DNA of 63,981 nucleotides, filler included, from Perkinsus olseni (Eukaryota): NCBI GenBank assembly GCA_013115125.1. It is 6 parts of 6 records of this genome, joined end to end, with 100 filler letters (N's around TTAATTAATTAA, not from the genome) between each part and the next. Parts side by side here need not be neighbours in the genome. Positions count along the whole stretch, not along the records: positions 32,724 to 43,513 come from JABANN010000859.1; positions 43,614 to 54,397 come from JABANN010000860.1; 4 more parts are not named here. One strand, 5' to 3'. Shown piece by piece: positions 38,295 to 51,068 of this stretch (position 1 is its first letter; each line of letters starts with the position of its first letter). The notes under the pieces were generated by a model. It saw only the letters and a program-made list of their open reading frames with translations, ran no database searches and was not told where the DNA came from. The position numbers and the translations under genes were made by a program.

Positions 38295-41200
38295 TCATGA
38301 CTTGCTATTTGGACGTGGTTGTTGATGACCAGCCAGCCAGAGTCTGAAGTCCTCAAAATTGATGTGACCATCTCCATCGATATCCATCTCCTCCACCCAT
38401 CGGTGGAATCGGCACTCAGCACCCGCGATGTCCAAGGGAAGGCGAGGTCGTGCCGGTACCGCTCCTGCAGAATAAATCACGCTCAGTCTACAATGAAGAT
38501 ACCAAGTCGGATTAACGATCAATGCCACGGACTCACTCGCCCGCCTATCGCAGTCGTCCGGCTCATCCGAGTAATCCGTCAGAGCGCACCTGTGTAGCAC
38601 TTCCACTCTCACCGTCCCAAAGGATACTACCTTCCACCCGCTAGGACTGCCCACAGGCTCGCCGCTACCTCGTTTACGGTGGGGGAGGAGGACCTCGGGG
38701 TGATGGACCGGAACGCTGCCTTTATCACTCCTTCCTCGCGCTGAAGCCTCCCTGTCATTGCCGATCCGACCTAACCTATTCTATGTCTTCATACTCACGG
38801 ATGATGCATGCTCCAACAAACTCTGTATAACCAATATAGCCTGTCGGACATCAGCTCGTCTGGTCTAGCGGATGCACTCTCCTCTTTCTACCTACCGTCC
38901 CCGGTTCTATCCATCGCAGAGGCGACTCTCCATGCATCCGAGGCATTCATTCTAGCCTGGGACTGCCGCAAAGCCTCTGCCACTCTCGATACCGGCAGGC
39001 ACCCTCGTGAATCCGAATCCAGGTCGGTGAATAGCGCCCTCACCTGAGAGGGGGGTGATGCCTAGGATATCCTCTTGCTTTCTACATGCTCCTGCTCCTG
39101 GAATGACCACTGATGGGCGATGAGGTTGATGATAGCCTTCTTCAACTCACTCTGCCGTGCATAGTAACACATACAGTCCACAACCCCACCAGAGAGGAGC
39201 CGAACTCCCTTCACAAAGTGATCATAAATCTACACCAGCTTCGCTCCGCCCTACATTTTTCCATCCGTTTCCTGAGGAGAATTTCCGCAGCCATCTGTGG
39301 TTGAGTAAATCAGCCGCACTCTCCCTCAATAGCGGATCCTTAACGAGCATCTTTTCAACCTGCCATTGCCTCTGGTCAACCTCAACTGAACTCCTCCTAC
39401 CAAATCTCGAGCCCCCTTGGGTACCCTCAACCTCCTCGACGAGTTACACATGTAGTCCGGCCATTGGACCCTCTTGTACAGTACCTGAAAGTGCCTCGGG
39501 ATCGCTGCGGCCGAGGCACCCCATCACATTAGACTTCACTTCACTGACGCTAGAACCGAAGAATGGCAGGTATCCGGTGAGAAGGAGGTAACTGATTAAC
39601 CGTTGATGGCGGAGGCAAGACGACTCCGTGCTACAGTATCACTCCCAGGCTCCAGATATCACACTTGTAGTCGAAGGGAGGACGGAAGATCTCAGGCGCC
39701 ATGTAGAAGGCAGTGCCCGCAACCTAGGATATGCTGAATACCAATAATTCCGCTCATCCTCTACTCACGTTCATGCTCTTTTCGGCGTTCGTCCCGAATA
39801 GCTCAGCTAAGCCGAAGTCGATAACCTTCACGTTACCTGCGGACGGTACGCATGCACATCCCAGACGAGAGGGGTGATCACCGGTGGCCCTCGGCGGTCC
39901 CCCAAGATACTCTCTGGGCTTCGACACGTCGACGAATAGGATATTCTCCGGCTTGAGATCCTAAGCAGGCCAAGCTGCAAGGATCGCCACATCGCGAGAA
40001 TTGCGAATGGAGTGGTATGACACCACACAGCACGTAAGCGCATGTTCGCCCGCAGCTGCGGCTGCCAGCGACTCAGGATTGTATTAGTGCGACCGGGGAT
40101 CGAACGCACGACCTCCCGGTGCCTGTATGATAGCTAGTACCTTGTGAACAACTCCCTGGTTGTGCATGAATGACAGAGCCGTGAGCACCTCCCTCGTAAC
40201 CTGCTATCATCGAATCTTCACCGCGCCATGAAATTCCCTCACATCAGCAATGAAGCTCTCCGGGAGGGAGGCGCCCTTATTGACTGCTGTTTGGATGACG
40301 GACAGCAGCTCCCCACCCCAGCAGGCCTCCATTATCAAATGGATATGTCTAATAAATCAACTCTTCACCATCATCATCATCCACACCAGCCTACTTCGGG
40401 TCTTCGAAATATTCGTAAATTTTTATGACGTTTGGATGATCCAATTGAGAGATTATTTTGATCTCTTCCTCGAGCTGGACCAGTGGCACTGATGATTTCG
40501 CCTTATCTACTGTTTTACATACTCGGAGCTGAGGAATGAGTTGAGAAAATGCAAGATTGGCAAGATTTTCAGAGCAGCATGCTCGACCGTACCTGATCAC
40601 TCTCCTTATGCACGACTTTGTGAACCACGCCGAAGCTTCCTCGACCGACAGTTTCGAGAAAGTTGTATATCTACTAAAATGACAAGCGTGGGAATTGAAC
40701 CTGGGCCCTGGCGCACCCACTTTGCGGACCCCGCCAGGAGAGTCATTCCGGAGGACATGAAAGGCTCGATGGACCTAGTAGTTGTCGTGGGTTCGAACCC
40801 CACGCCCAGCATATGGTCACCTTAAGCTTAGGCGAATGCCGATGAAGAGATTTCCGTAGAAACCTCAGCAAGGCCCGCCATAATAGAGGATAGCTCTCGC
40901 GAGTGACAAGCCCTGAAGATACTCCTTATTAAATCTTTCACGTGCGCACTCCCTGACCAGTCTGTGGATTGCAGTATCGAGTGAACAATATGAGAAGATT
41001 CTTATCCGAGATGCTGTTGATAGCCGTGGCCTCGCAGATCCGATTGACCTGAGTTACGGTAGGATCATCGCCCATCATTACTTCATCCGTTACCAGCCTT
41101 CGTAGCTGCCTCTCATTGAGACCCCCTCCCCGGGGGATGGCTTCGAACCCAAGGGGCTCCCGAGCTTTGGCTAGCTCAGTGAGCCGAGCCTCAACCTCGG

Positions 41201-41900
41201 CTACCGATAGGGAAGGATTGGATAAGGGGTTGAGTCGCTGATGATGCACGGGATGTCCCGGCTGGGATTCGAACCCACGACCTACATCTTCACTGTCACT
41301 TACTATTGCAGCACCGCAGTGGGGATCGTGCGAGCCCTTGCCCTCAGCCCCAGCACAGCCCCAACAGCAAAAGTCGTACCTAGACCATGCCTTATTTCGT
41401 GGCGCGCGGTAATCATTACCTTTCCAGACTTGCGGTGTAGCCCTCAGCGCACGGACGTCCGCAGCCGTATCTGGGCAAAGCATTGTTAGCAAGATGAGGA
41501 TCTCTCCCTGGTGATGATCACCGGCATTGGTCTCTACCAGTACGGGTAGACCCCCCACTGCTGTCCTCCTGCTGATGATATCCCTCGGGCGCCTTCCGAA
41601 TGAATGATATTCTCATAGCAACACTAGCGGATCAAAAATCCAGCAGGGAAGATATCTGGAAACTTGTCTCGAGGTCAACACAAAATAAAAGATACCCTCC
41701 TTGCACCGTGTATTCACAGATAGTCTGTGTAGGCTGCCCCTATACCCATAATCAACGGCTGCTATCGCCGGCCGCTGTCGCCGCCCCGCCATCGCTTGTT
41801 TTCCACTTGAAAGTTCAGTTGTCGGTAGCGGCTTCCCTTTCCTACTGCACCACCAACCTCCCGAGATTATGCTCAAAGGCCTCTCCTACAGCATGTGGAC
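38295..41900 (-). CDS. Calcium-dependent protein kinase (CDPK) with long N-terminal extension, many introns
   Basis: [64 protein letters not shown], plus C-terminal EF-hands ([22 protein letters not shown]). Start codon uncertain. Confidence 0.93.
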
Positions 41901-42161
41901 CCACTCATGCCAGATGCTCCTGTGATACGTAAAACTCCGCCCAACGAGTATCCAACAGTAATAGTGCGCAAGCAGAGTAGTTAAGAAATTGCAAGACTGC
42001 AAGAAAGCAAGAATGTTCCTCCAGCAACCATTGCCGTCGTTCAACCGTGTCGGAAAAACCAATCCTAAACTTAGAATCCATTTTTACGTGTGGGATTCAG
42101 CGCCAGAAGCGGTTCTGAGTTCGGGTTCCACTGGGAATCTTAGTTACGCCCCTACTACACC

Positions 42162-43442
42162 ATGGGATGTGTCCAATTCGTTGCTGAAGATGAGATAGTG
42201 ATAGTCGAACGCTTCGGCAAGTTCGACCGCCTAGCCCTCCCGGGGTGCCTCTGCCTGCCCGTGCCCTGCATCTGCACCACTGCTGGCTCCGTTAGTCTAC
42301 GAGTACGCCAGCTGAACGTAAGCATCACTACAGACCTCCTTTGGGAGGGGTATCTCTCTTGCAGGTGCATGTTGAGACCAAGACTAAAGATAACGTCTTC
42401 GTCACGCTGGTGGTGGCGGTCATGTACGAAGCCTTGCACGATCGGGTGTAGGGTGGTGCTTGCTGTTGGTAATGGGAGCTCCTCCCGGCAGGTACGAAGC
42501 TTTCTATAAGCTCACTGACCCCGGCACCCAGATCAACTCCTACGTCTTTGACGCAGTCAGAGCATCCGTCCCCCTACTCAACTTAGATGAGTTGTTCGAG
42601 GAAAAGATAAGAATAGCTCACCAAGTGAAGGAGCAGCTGCGGAGTAAGTGGGTCGCAGAGCGGTACGCCCAGTAGTTCTCAAAATCTGAGGGAAAAGTAT
42701 AGCGCCCAGGGTAACAGTTCCGGGTTCTGGTTGCCCTTTCGGGTCCCGTGATGGGTTTTTGGTTTCCTGTTCCTGACTTCGCCCGCAATCTGAATGCCAA
42801 TGCAGGATCTCTGTTGCCCGACCGCATTTTTTGCCATTTGTCTGATCATTTGTTGCCTTTGCCCGACCGCCGCGCGCGATTCCTTGCCTTTGGTCCATCG
42901 CCCATGATGTGACGTGTTGTTGGTCGAGCTCAGACCTCATGGACGACTTCGGGTTCAGAATCCAGGAGGCCTTGGTCGTTGATATCGAACCGGATAATAA
43001 GGCACTGCGAAATGGTATTATCGTCTGCCACCTCCACCACGATGATGATCAGGTCAAAGCCGCTATGAACGAGATCAACGCCAATCGCAGACTCCGTATC
43101 GCGTCACAGGAGAAGGCCGAGGCTGATAAGATTGTCACTGTCAAGAAGGCCGAGGCCGAAGCCGAGAGTATCAACGTTCGAACCTTCCCTCCCTTACTTG
43201 AAAAGTGTTCAGGCAAATTCCTACAAGGAGAGGGTATAGCTCGTCAGCGTCGAGCCATTGTTGACGGCCTTCGGGGATCGGTCAGTGAGTTCAGCTCGAG
43301 GGTTGAAGGTGTTGGTGCGAAGGATGTAGGGAGATTCCCTAATACTACCGGTGCTATTCGATCCCGTAGGTCCTCGAGTTGGTACTGATAACGCAGTACT
43401 TCGATACTCTGAAGGACGTCGGCACTTCCTCGGAGGCTTCTA
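42162..43442 (+). CDS. SPFH/band-7 protein of the hypersensitive-induced-response (HIR) type; 3' end interrupted
   Basis: [95 protein letters not shown]. The mariner-type end begins within the codons after SSEAS. Confidence 0.93.
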
Positions 43443-43513
43443 CAGGGTGTTCCAATTCGATATGCAAATCACTAAAATCAGTCTAATTCATGCCATATTG
43501 CGTGTTTGAAGCT
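43441..43513 (+). mobile_element. Tc1/mariner-type terminal sequence inserted at TA
   Basis: Near-identical to 872-945; runs into the contig end. Confidence 0.72.
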
Positions 43514-43613
43514 NNNNNNNNNNNNNNNNNNNNNNNNNNNNNNNNNNNNNNNNNNNNTTAATTAATTAANNNNNNNNNNNNNNNNNNNNNNNNNNNNNNN
43601 NNNNNNNNNNNNN
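43514..43613. other. Artificial contig spacer
   Basis: N44-TTAATTAATTAA-N44. Confidence 0.98.
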
Positions 43614-43735
43614 TTGACGGGGGTTACGGTCAGTACTCCACTAGGTCTTTTTTTCTTCAGTTTTTCTCCTTCTTTAGATTTTCGCCTTCACGCTTAGATT
43701 TTCGCCCTCTCGCTTAGATTTTCACCGTCTACCTA
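43614..43735 (+). repeat. Dispersed repeat copy plus ~20-bp tandem units
   Basis: GGGGTTACGGTCAGTACTCCACTAGGTCTT followed by three TTAGATTTTC(G/A)CC-containing units. Confidence 0.75.
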
Positions 43736-44224
43736 CGAGAGGCGCTCGAACGGATCGATCAACTTGGCGCGCGCACAAGCTTTGCGCGCGACTTCAGTTC
43801 AAGTATGCTACCGGCGAGCCAAAGGTCAATTCCATGGAGCACTTGTCTACTTCAGACCGGGTTGAGGAGTGTCAAGCGATTCAAGGAGGCAAGAGAACCT
43901 AAGGGCATTTCCAAAGGTTGTGCCTGGTTAGTGGGGACAATGCAGGAAATCTCGAAAATAGTCGTCGCAAGTTGCGACTCGCAACGTAGTCCTCGGTGGT
44001 TCCATGGTTAGTCTCCCACTTCACGCGGGGAGGGTGGACACCCCAACACTCTTGGAGTAGTGATATCATAGCAATAATCTAGTGATAGTGGGCAGTCATA
44101 GTAGGGGCAGATCGAAGGGAGGTCTGCTGACTGAACTTCAGTCATATAAGGCCTCAATTCGAATCCATGAACGTATTTGAGGTCGCACACCACTTATGCT
44201 GAGAATTTGTGGAGGGGTGTAGGT

Positions 44225-44404
44225 CGAAGGGTCCTAGTGCTCAAAGTGACCGGCAACCCTGGACAGGATAACGACTATCGTGGCTTGTGGCTAGCTATTG
44301 TTACATGTACACTAGCGAGCCTGATACCTCTATTTATGCTGCCATTACTCAAAGGTCGAAGCACATTGAACGAAAGGTTGTTGGACGACCCTTCACCGCG
44401 TTAG
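44225..44404 (+). pseudogene. Isolated C-terminal exon resembling a BT1 folate/biopterin transporter
   Basis: LKVTGNPGQDNDYRGLWLAIVTCTLASLIPLFMLPLL resembles the last TM segment of BT1-family proteins. Upstream exons absent from this contig. Confidence 0.45.
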
Positions 44405-46639
44405 TATGTTGTAGGAGCTTGTAATCAGGTCCCTTAAATTAAGGGCCTTAATTATCTATTTGTAGGCGACAATTGTGTGCATCATTTGTACGTTACCCTT
44501 ACGAACGTAGGGATGTGTGAAACCTTTTTTGACGGGCCCATCAGCATCGTCACTCAACCATCCCCATATTCCGTACTCTCATTCTGATCAGTCCGACCCC
44601 GCCACAATGGCTGCTGTTGTTGACCGTTCCGGTGACTGTTTTTCCGTATCGCACTTCCATCAAACGAGGCAAGGATGGATGGACTTTGCGTGGGAGTAGC
44701 AGCTGTTGCCGTGATCATTCACATGGTGACAAGCCTCTCAAGTGTACCGCTGGTTTTTCTAAAGGAGCTGCGTGGTCGGTTTCGTTGTCCGAGTATTTCA
44801 GAGGGGGCCATTGTATTCTTAGTGTCATTATCGTGGTGATCGTGATGGCCCGGCGTGACCCGCAAGGAACTAAGAGTGGCCTGCCGGGCCACGACTCCGA
44901 GCCTAGCGTTCCAACTCGCTTTGTTGGGCCAGAGAGGAAACCTGTGTGGGTTAAGATGACGAGAGAGCGTCGGAAGAGGTATGCTGACTCGCACCACGGA
45001 GGGCGGGTCTAGTCCCATGAAGCTGTACCGCATATACTGTACGCGTGGCGTGGACCGAAGGTCACTGTACATCAACCACTGCATGAAGCCATGAAGGAAA
45101 TAGGCACATCGGTTAGGGTCCAACTGAGGAGGTGTACAGTCAACTAATCGAGGAACTAGAATTTATTTTTAGCAATCGTATTTTACGGGCTAAAGTCAGC
45201 TCCAGGATCGAGCCCAAGTCTCGGAGCCACTTTACTTAACACGAGATGTCCCCGTAGCAGCGTTGAACTATAAATTCATGCGCACGATGACGAATTACGA
45301 ATTGCCATTGGTGATCGCCGCAGGGAGCGCTCCCCCATGTCACCCAAATCATTATTGTTTTGTGATCGTTTCCCCTTTCAGGGTATTGGAAGCGAGAGGT
45401 ATCATAGCTAGAGGGGCTATGAGGGACGTAGGGGACGAAGACGATATGCTCCGGGAATTCATCAGCGACTTCACTGGTCGGTCCGCCCGTCTACACCGGT
45501 CGGGGCCGAATGGAATTACTCCCGCAAAATTTCCTTTTGTGATTGTTGTGGGGAACGGATGAACGGCGCGATTAAACAGGCTACGAAAATGGCGTATCAA
45601 TTTTATCGTTATTATTAGACCCCGTCTAATAGACGGGGTTAGCAATCGGCTATCACCGATTGAGGACTGCTGCTGGGTCGGTGGGCTGTCAGATTGGGGC
45701 CTACACTGTGAGTCACAGTCTGTGATGATGATGAGGAGCGTGGATAGGCGGTTGAGCTCAGTGTGACATGCGGTTATCGTAGTCATTCTTCAACCCTTGA
45801 TAGATCCTGAGGTCCGCACGCGTATGAATATGGTCATCTGTACTTGCATCGGCGAGAACGAAATGACATCACCTTTACTGTCCGATGAAGCACTTCGTTC
45901 GGGAGGGATGAGCTTCGCGACTGTTGTGTTCGGCGTTAATGCAGCCACCCACTGTTGACCTCAGTGCCCGACTCACCATCCCCGAGGAAGGCTAGCTGCT
46001 CACGCAAGCGTATGAGCAATCAGTGAGATTACACATGGTGGTATGCTTGTTGTAGAGTTCTCTGCAGGTCCCATGGATCAGGTTCGAAGCAGCTGCCTCC
46101 GACCTCTGATTCGTCCTTCGTTGCTGAGGCAGACGCTGGCGCGGGTGGGTGGGTGGGTGAGCGCTGGTCCGATACCTCTCTGGTACTCTACTAGATGACT
46201 TCCTAGACCAATGATAATATTCTGTTGCTGACCTTCATAAAAGATATCGGAAATTCTAGTTCTCAGCTCACGAATTTCCTCACAGTTCTTCAAGGATAAT
46301 GTGGAAAGTCACTTCGCGGAGCGCCGCACTATCGAAGCCGTTCCACCCAATGATTCAAAGTGATCGATCGAAGGGTTTTGCATCAAAACCTAACTGCCAT
46401 TGTCAAAATTTTTGATGATGGCTACTAACCAGAGTAGCACTCATTGTCTCTCACCGTCTGAGAGGTTGAATGCTATTCTTGAATCTTCAACATCCTGAAT
46501 GGATCCTCGCGTCAGAGTCGAGGAGGTTCGCTGCCTTGAACAGGGAATGCCATTCTCCCTTTAAAATTGCTTTGAGTGTCCTTCTACATTGTAGATCTGC
46601 GCCTGACAGACTGCGTCCGACTATGGTGATGCAAGAGTC

Positions 46640-47350
46640 CCGTTGTAGGGATCAGTAGTGGTACCGAGGCCCTCGGTGGTCACTCCTTGGGAAGCGCTGA
46701 TGAGGACTACTCCGACTCTGATGACCAGAGCGACCTGGGTTCGTTTCGTCTGAGTGAAGTCGAAGATATCGATGACTACTACCACCTGCTGGATGTGCAT
46801 CCTCAGTCGGATGCACAGGAGATCCGAGTGAGCTAGGAAGGGGCGACGACTACCTCTTCGATGAGCATGACGAGTCTAGCTCTCCGGTGAAATCTTTGAG
46901 GCAATGCAACATAGGGGGATCTTAGATTGCTCTTATCCGTGGGTGATAATGAGAATAAAGCTCCCTCACCCTTAAGAAGCTCCCCTGCAGTGTGACGGGT
47001 GTGTTATTTTCGCGTTCAACAGACAGTGCCTATCGTCAGCACATCCGCCCGCCCCCCATGGGATGCATCCTTTTTAGGATGCCTATCGATGGCTTGCTCT
47101 ACACACTCATCCCGATAAGTGCGGTGGTTCCGAACACGACTACGGCTACACTGAGAGGGCAGTGAAGGTCTTCCAGAGGGTCGGCGAGGCCTACAGAACT
47201 CTGTCCAACCCCTTCCGAAGGTACCGGCGAACGGCTGATGCGATTTTATCCCGATGTTACAGGTGGATTTATGACGAGTATGGCGACACTGGCCTTGTCC
47301 TAGTGGACGATGGCGATGAGAAAGACGTTGAGGAACTCAGGCAACGGTAG
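46640..47350 (+). CDS. DnaJ (J-domain) protein, partial or possibly decayed
   Basis: DDYYHLLDVHPQSDAQEIR-DAYRWLALHTHPDK...FQRVGEAYRTLSNPFRR-WIYDEYG. HPD motif present; start and end not resolved. Confidence 0.85.
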
Positions 47351-49197
47351 CCGAGCTAATGTGTTCGAAAATATCCGCCGTATTTAGGCATATACGCGGT
47401 GGAAAAGAAAGTAGATAGGATTCCCCTAGAAATGGCTAACGAACAGTGATCGGCTCAGCGTCTACTCAGAATCGCTCGTGTTTCTGAAATGTCGCGTCCT
47501 CCATGTGCCACCGCCTGTGCTTGTCTCGGCTGTCAGACTGCATCTGCACGGCAGCGTTCACTGACCGTTATGACCCACTGATAGGTATGTAACTTACATG
47601 AAGGATAAAGAGCCAGGCAGAGAACACTATCAAGGTCGAGCGAAGCGACGCAGAGGGAGAAGTCGACAGAAGGTAAAGAGCATCTGTAGCATCTAAATTC
47701 CTGTACTCTGTTCATGATATGCGGAACATTGGTTCTTCGATAGTCGTTCTCTAGGAACAACACAGCTCAGTTTTCGTAGTTATTTTCTGGTTGGCTGGGT
47801 TCGGGGTCAGCCGTCGTGTAGGGATCATAGTTGGTTATACTGTGTGTGACGACGAAGGAAGTGCCACATGCAAAAATAAGGTCACTATGTCAATAGCAAT
47901 AACAATAGCGTCAATGGGAAGTGAGGCCCTTATGCCTATAGTAATAGCTATATAATATATATTACTGCATATAATGCCCCATATGCAACAACTGGGGTCC
48001 GAGGGAGCAGTACTTAGTAGATACTGGCTTAGTCCTTCAATACTTTGATCGCCGTTCTCGAGCGACGTGACGTAGTGGCCTCGCTATAGCTACTTGCCGC
48101 CTTTCCTGCGTTGTTTTCACAAACTCAGACTACGGTATTGATTCATACTGTATAAGTGAATAATTTACCTACTCTATCGTATGTTGTAATTACGATGCGA
48201 TAACTGTGTTTCCAAGGTTCAAGGAGGGTTCAAGAAGATTGCTGCTGATGCATGCTACGTTGCTACGGAGACTGTCACTAGGCTTGCAGGAGCCGCTGCT
48301 GATGGCGCTACTTCTGGGGCTGCTCAAGGTGAGAATAGCGACTCCTACCGCCCTCCTGCTTCGGCTAGCCCCATCATCTATCTTAATTTCACGTTGATCA
48401 TCGCCTCTGAGAGAGGATCTCCGCTCATCCCGATTCGCAAACGTCAATACGGCATAGTCGAGCCTCGACTGTCGAGGTGAAGTTGTGTGGTTTCCCATTA
48501 TTCTCATCCGTCGTCCTGCAGGGCAGCGTTCTCGCCTGCATACGTTTCTAGTAGTCCTGCTCATCATTGGTATCATGTAGTCATCGTCCACAGTACAGTG
48601 CTCCAAATTAGTTTGGAATACAGCGTAAAGAGCTTAGCCTGACTTATCAACAAGCTATTCTTTGCAGTGGTATGAGTACATCTTCCGATGAGATCACCTG
48701 TAGCATAGACGACTCTCATCTGCTACGTCGCGGTCCCTGCTGCGTTATCTACCTAATTCGTCCCGCTTCGCCCCTGGAACCTTGGGTACTTGAGAGCTAC
48801 CAGGCAAGGGCCTCGCACGATGACTAGATCCTTTTCAGAACAATGGTCCAACGATCGTTATATCGTTCCCATAGTCCATGGGCTCTTCTGCCCTAGTACA
48901 GTACCACTCCTCCACCTCCTCAGGTGCCCGGATCGGAGCCTATTTAGCACCGCTGACCTTCGGCCTGAGTCTTCCTACCCTCTCGGCTATGGGCAGTGTT
49001 ATTGGGGCGGCCAGAGCCAGCATAGACGAACTGAGGAAGGAATGATCAACCCTCAACATGAAAATTAACAATGTGTGATCACTTCTCTGAGATCTTGCGC
49101 TGATTCTGGGCGAGCGCGTTCTTACTGTAAAAAGCGCGCGCCTGAACATGACATTGCGTTGTCCATGTCACTGTTGCCATTAAGTTGCCACGAATAA

Positions 49198-50753
49198 ATG
49201 CTCATTGCTGGTTCAACCTCTGGCGCGTCGGCCGATGAGAATTCCTTCCCGCCTCGTTCTGGGAGTATCAGTCTCGTCGCCGCGAGTGGTACCAAGACTC
49301 CTAGGGCCTCTGCTGCTTCTCCTGCCACCTTCCAGCCATTGCCAACTACCACCCCTGTACCTTTTCCGAGTCACATACAGCTGGAAGGCGCTACGGGGCC
49401 CCATGCTGAGGACATCAACGGTTGTTACGTACTGCAGGCAACCGCTAGAGGGGTGCTTGAGAAGTGGAAATTCTGTTATTTTAAGAGCAAATGTGAGGAC
49501 ATGGTTATGTGCTACGGCGAGGAGATACCGGAACTGGGACCGAACGAAGGAGCTGGTCTTGTGGGCTGGGTGGTTGGGAAGCTTGGGGACCCCATTGATA
49601 TCTTAGCTCGATGCGTGACTCCGAAGGAAATGTCGGGCATGGGCTTTAAGTGGGACATTAAAAGCATCAGCAGCACCTTCGTCCCAACTTACACGATGAG
49701 TGCGAAGCCCGTAGTGGCGACGGCGGCGGCAGCAGCAGCAGCTGTATGCTCACAGAAGGAGGCTGGTGGTAGCAGGGCGGTTCGCCGCAATAGGGAGAGG
49801 GCCGACTCAGCAGCTGCCCACCAGCGCATAGCCTTCGCGAGTATGATGGCGAGTGCGCAGGCCCAACTTCTAGCCGCCCAAAGTGGTGACGGTCTGCTGC
49901 CTGCCCCGCCTGTCAATGACTCGTCTGCCGCTGTTGATGAGCTCAATGGGGAGCAGCAGCTGCCTGAGCTGTCTAGGTCCATCACTGCGCCTTCTAAGGG
50001 AAGGAGAATCAGTTTCGCTCCGACTACCGCGGATACCACCAAGTGAGTTATCCTAGTCGCCCTTCGTTCGGGTTGATTGTCCTCTTTGTCAGGCCCCCTG
50101 CTCCCCCTCCTGCCTTTGCTACCTCGTCGAGGAGACTGTCGGCCGATGCGCCAGTGTTCATCCCAAGACGTCATACCGTTGTGGGAGACACTCTCTTCGC
50201 TCCGCCTACCACTGCCACTAAGTACGGCGCTGCGAGCAAGCGCGTCTACCGCCGTTCGGGCTCCACCATCGACGATCTATTCCGGAATGTTGAGAGGCAA
50301 CAGGGCGTATTTGTGAATGCCCGAGCCAGGAAGGTGACGTGGAACCTGGGAGCGGTCAGTGACAAGCTGAAATCGGTTGTACCAGGGGAAGGAGTGTCCA
50401 GCCTTACGTTCAGGCTGCCGAGGGATGATGGTGAGCTTGGTCCTCCGATACAGCTGGAGTTCTATCCATTTGGCGTGAAGGGTAAGTCCCCACCGGGGTG
50501 CGTGGCGATTGGCCTGAGCTGTCCCCAGGGCGCCTGTATGCGCTTTACTCTGAGTCTTGGGAAGGTTAGCAGTGGCAAGAAGGTGCTCATGGGCAACAAG
50601 TTTCATGTTGATTTCTATCCCCAGCCGGCCAGTGGGCCCTCGGATGGCAGTGCAGCTGCACCTGCTGGCGACAGCGGAATTGTGCAGGCCTTCAAGTACT
50701 CGGAGCTCAGCGTAACCCTTCACCTCATCGGCTGGATGGATGAATCGTATTAA
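49198..50753 (+). CDS. Protein with PAM2 motif and C-terminal MATH/TRAF-like domain
   Basis: Two long ORFs joined by a GT-AG intron at ~50044-50092. RLSADAPVFIPR fits the PAM2 consensus. KVTWNL...SSLTFRL...LEFYPFG...CVAIGL fits the MATH strand pattern. Confidence 0.65.
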
Positions 50754-51068
50754 GTATCTTGGAGGTCGAGGCAGTCGGATACAAAATAGGTTGACTTGCG
50801 TCTTATGACGAGAATAGTATAGAATATATTATCAGCTCGGCCACTGCAGATTATTCTACAGGCATTCTGTTCGACAAAACTACAAATCCATTTCGCTTTT
50901 CTCTTTTTTCACACCACCAGCTGTCATCCTTTTCGTCATCCATCCTGTCCTTGAGTTTATCAGTAGTCCTCCGCTGGGACCTCTTCCTCGCGTATCCTCG
51001 CACAAGCTGAGTGATGGCCGAGTCGACGATCACCAGCCTCAGCCAGCTTCGTATTGATTTTCCTGCGC

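Noticed and set aside
41131-41160. A further tRNA T-loop-like string (TGGGTTCGAAGCC)
   Set aside because: Stem is poor and the segment may be exonic; not counted among the intron fragments.
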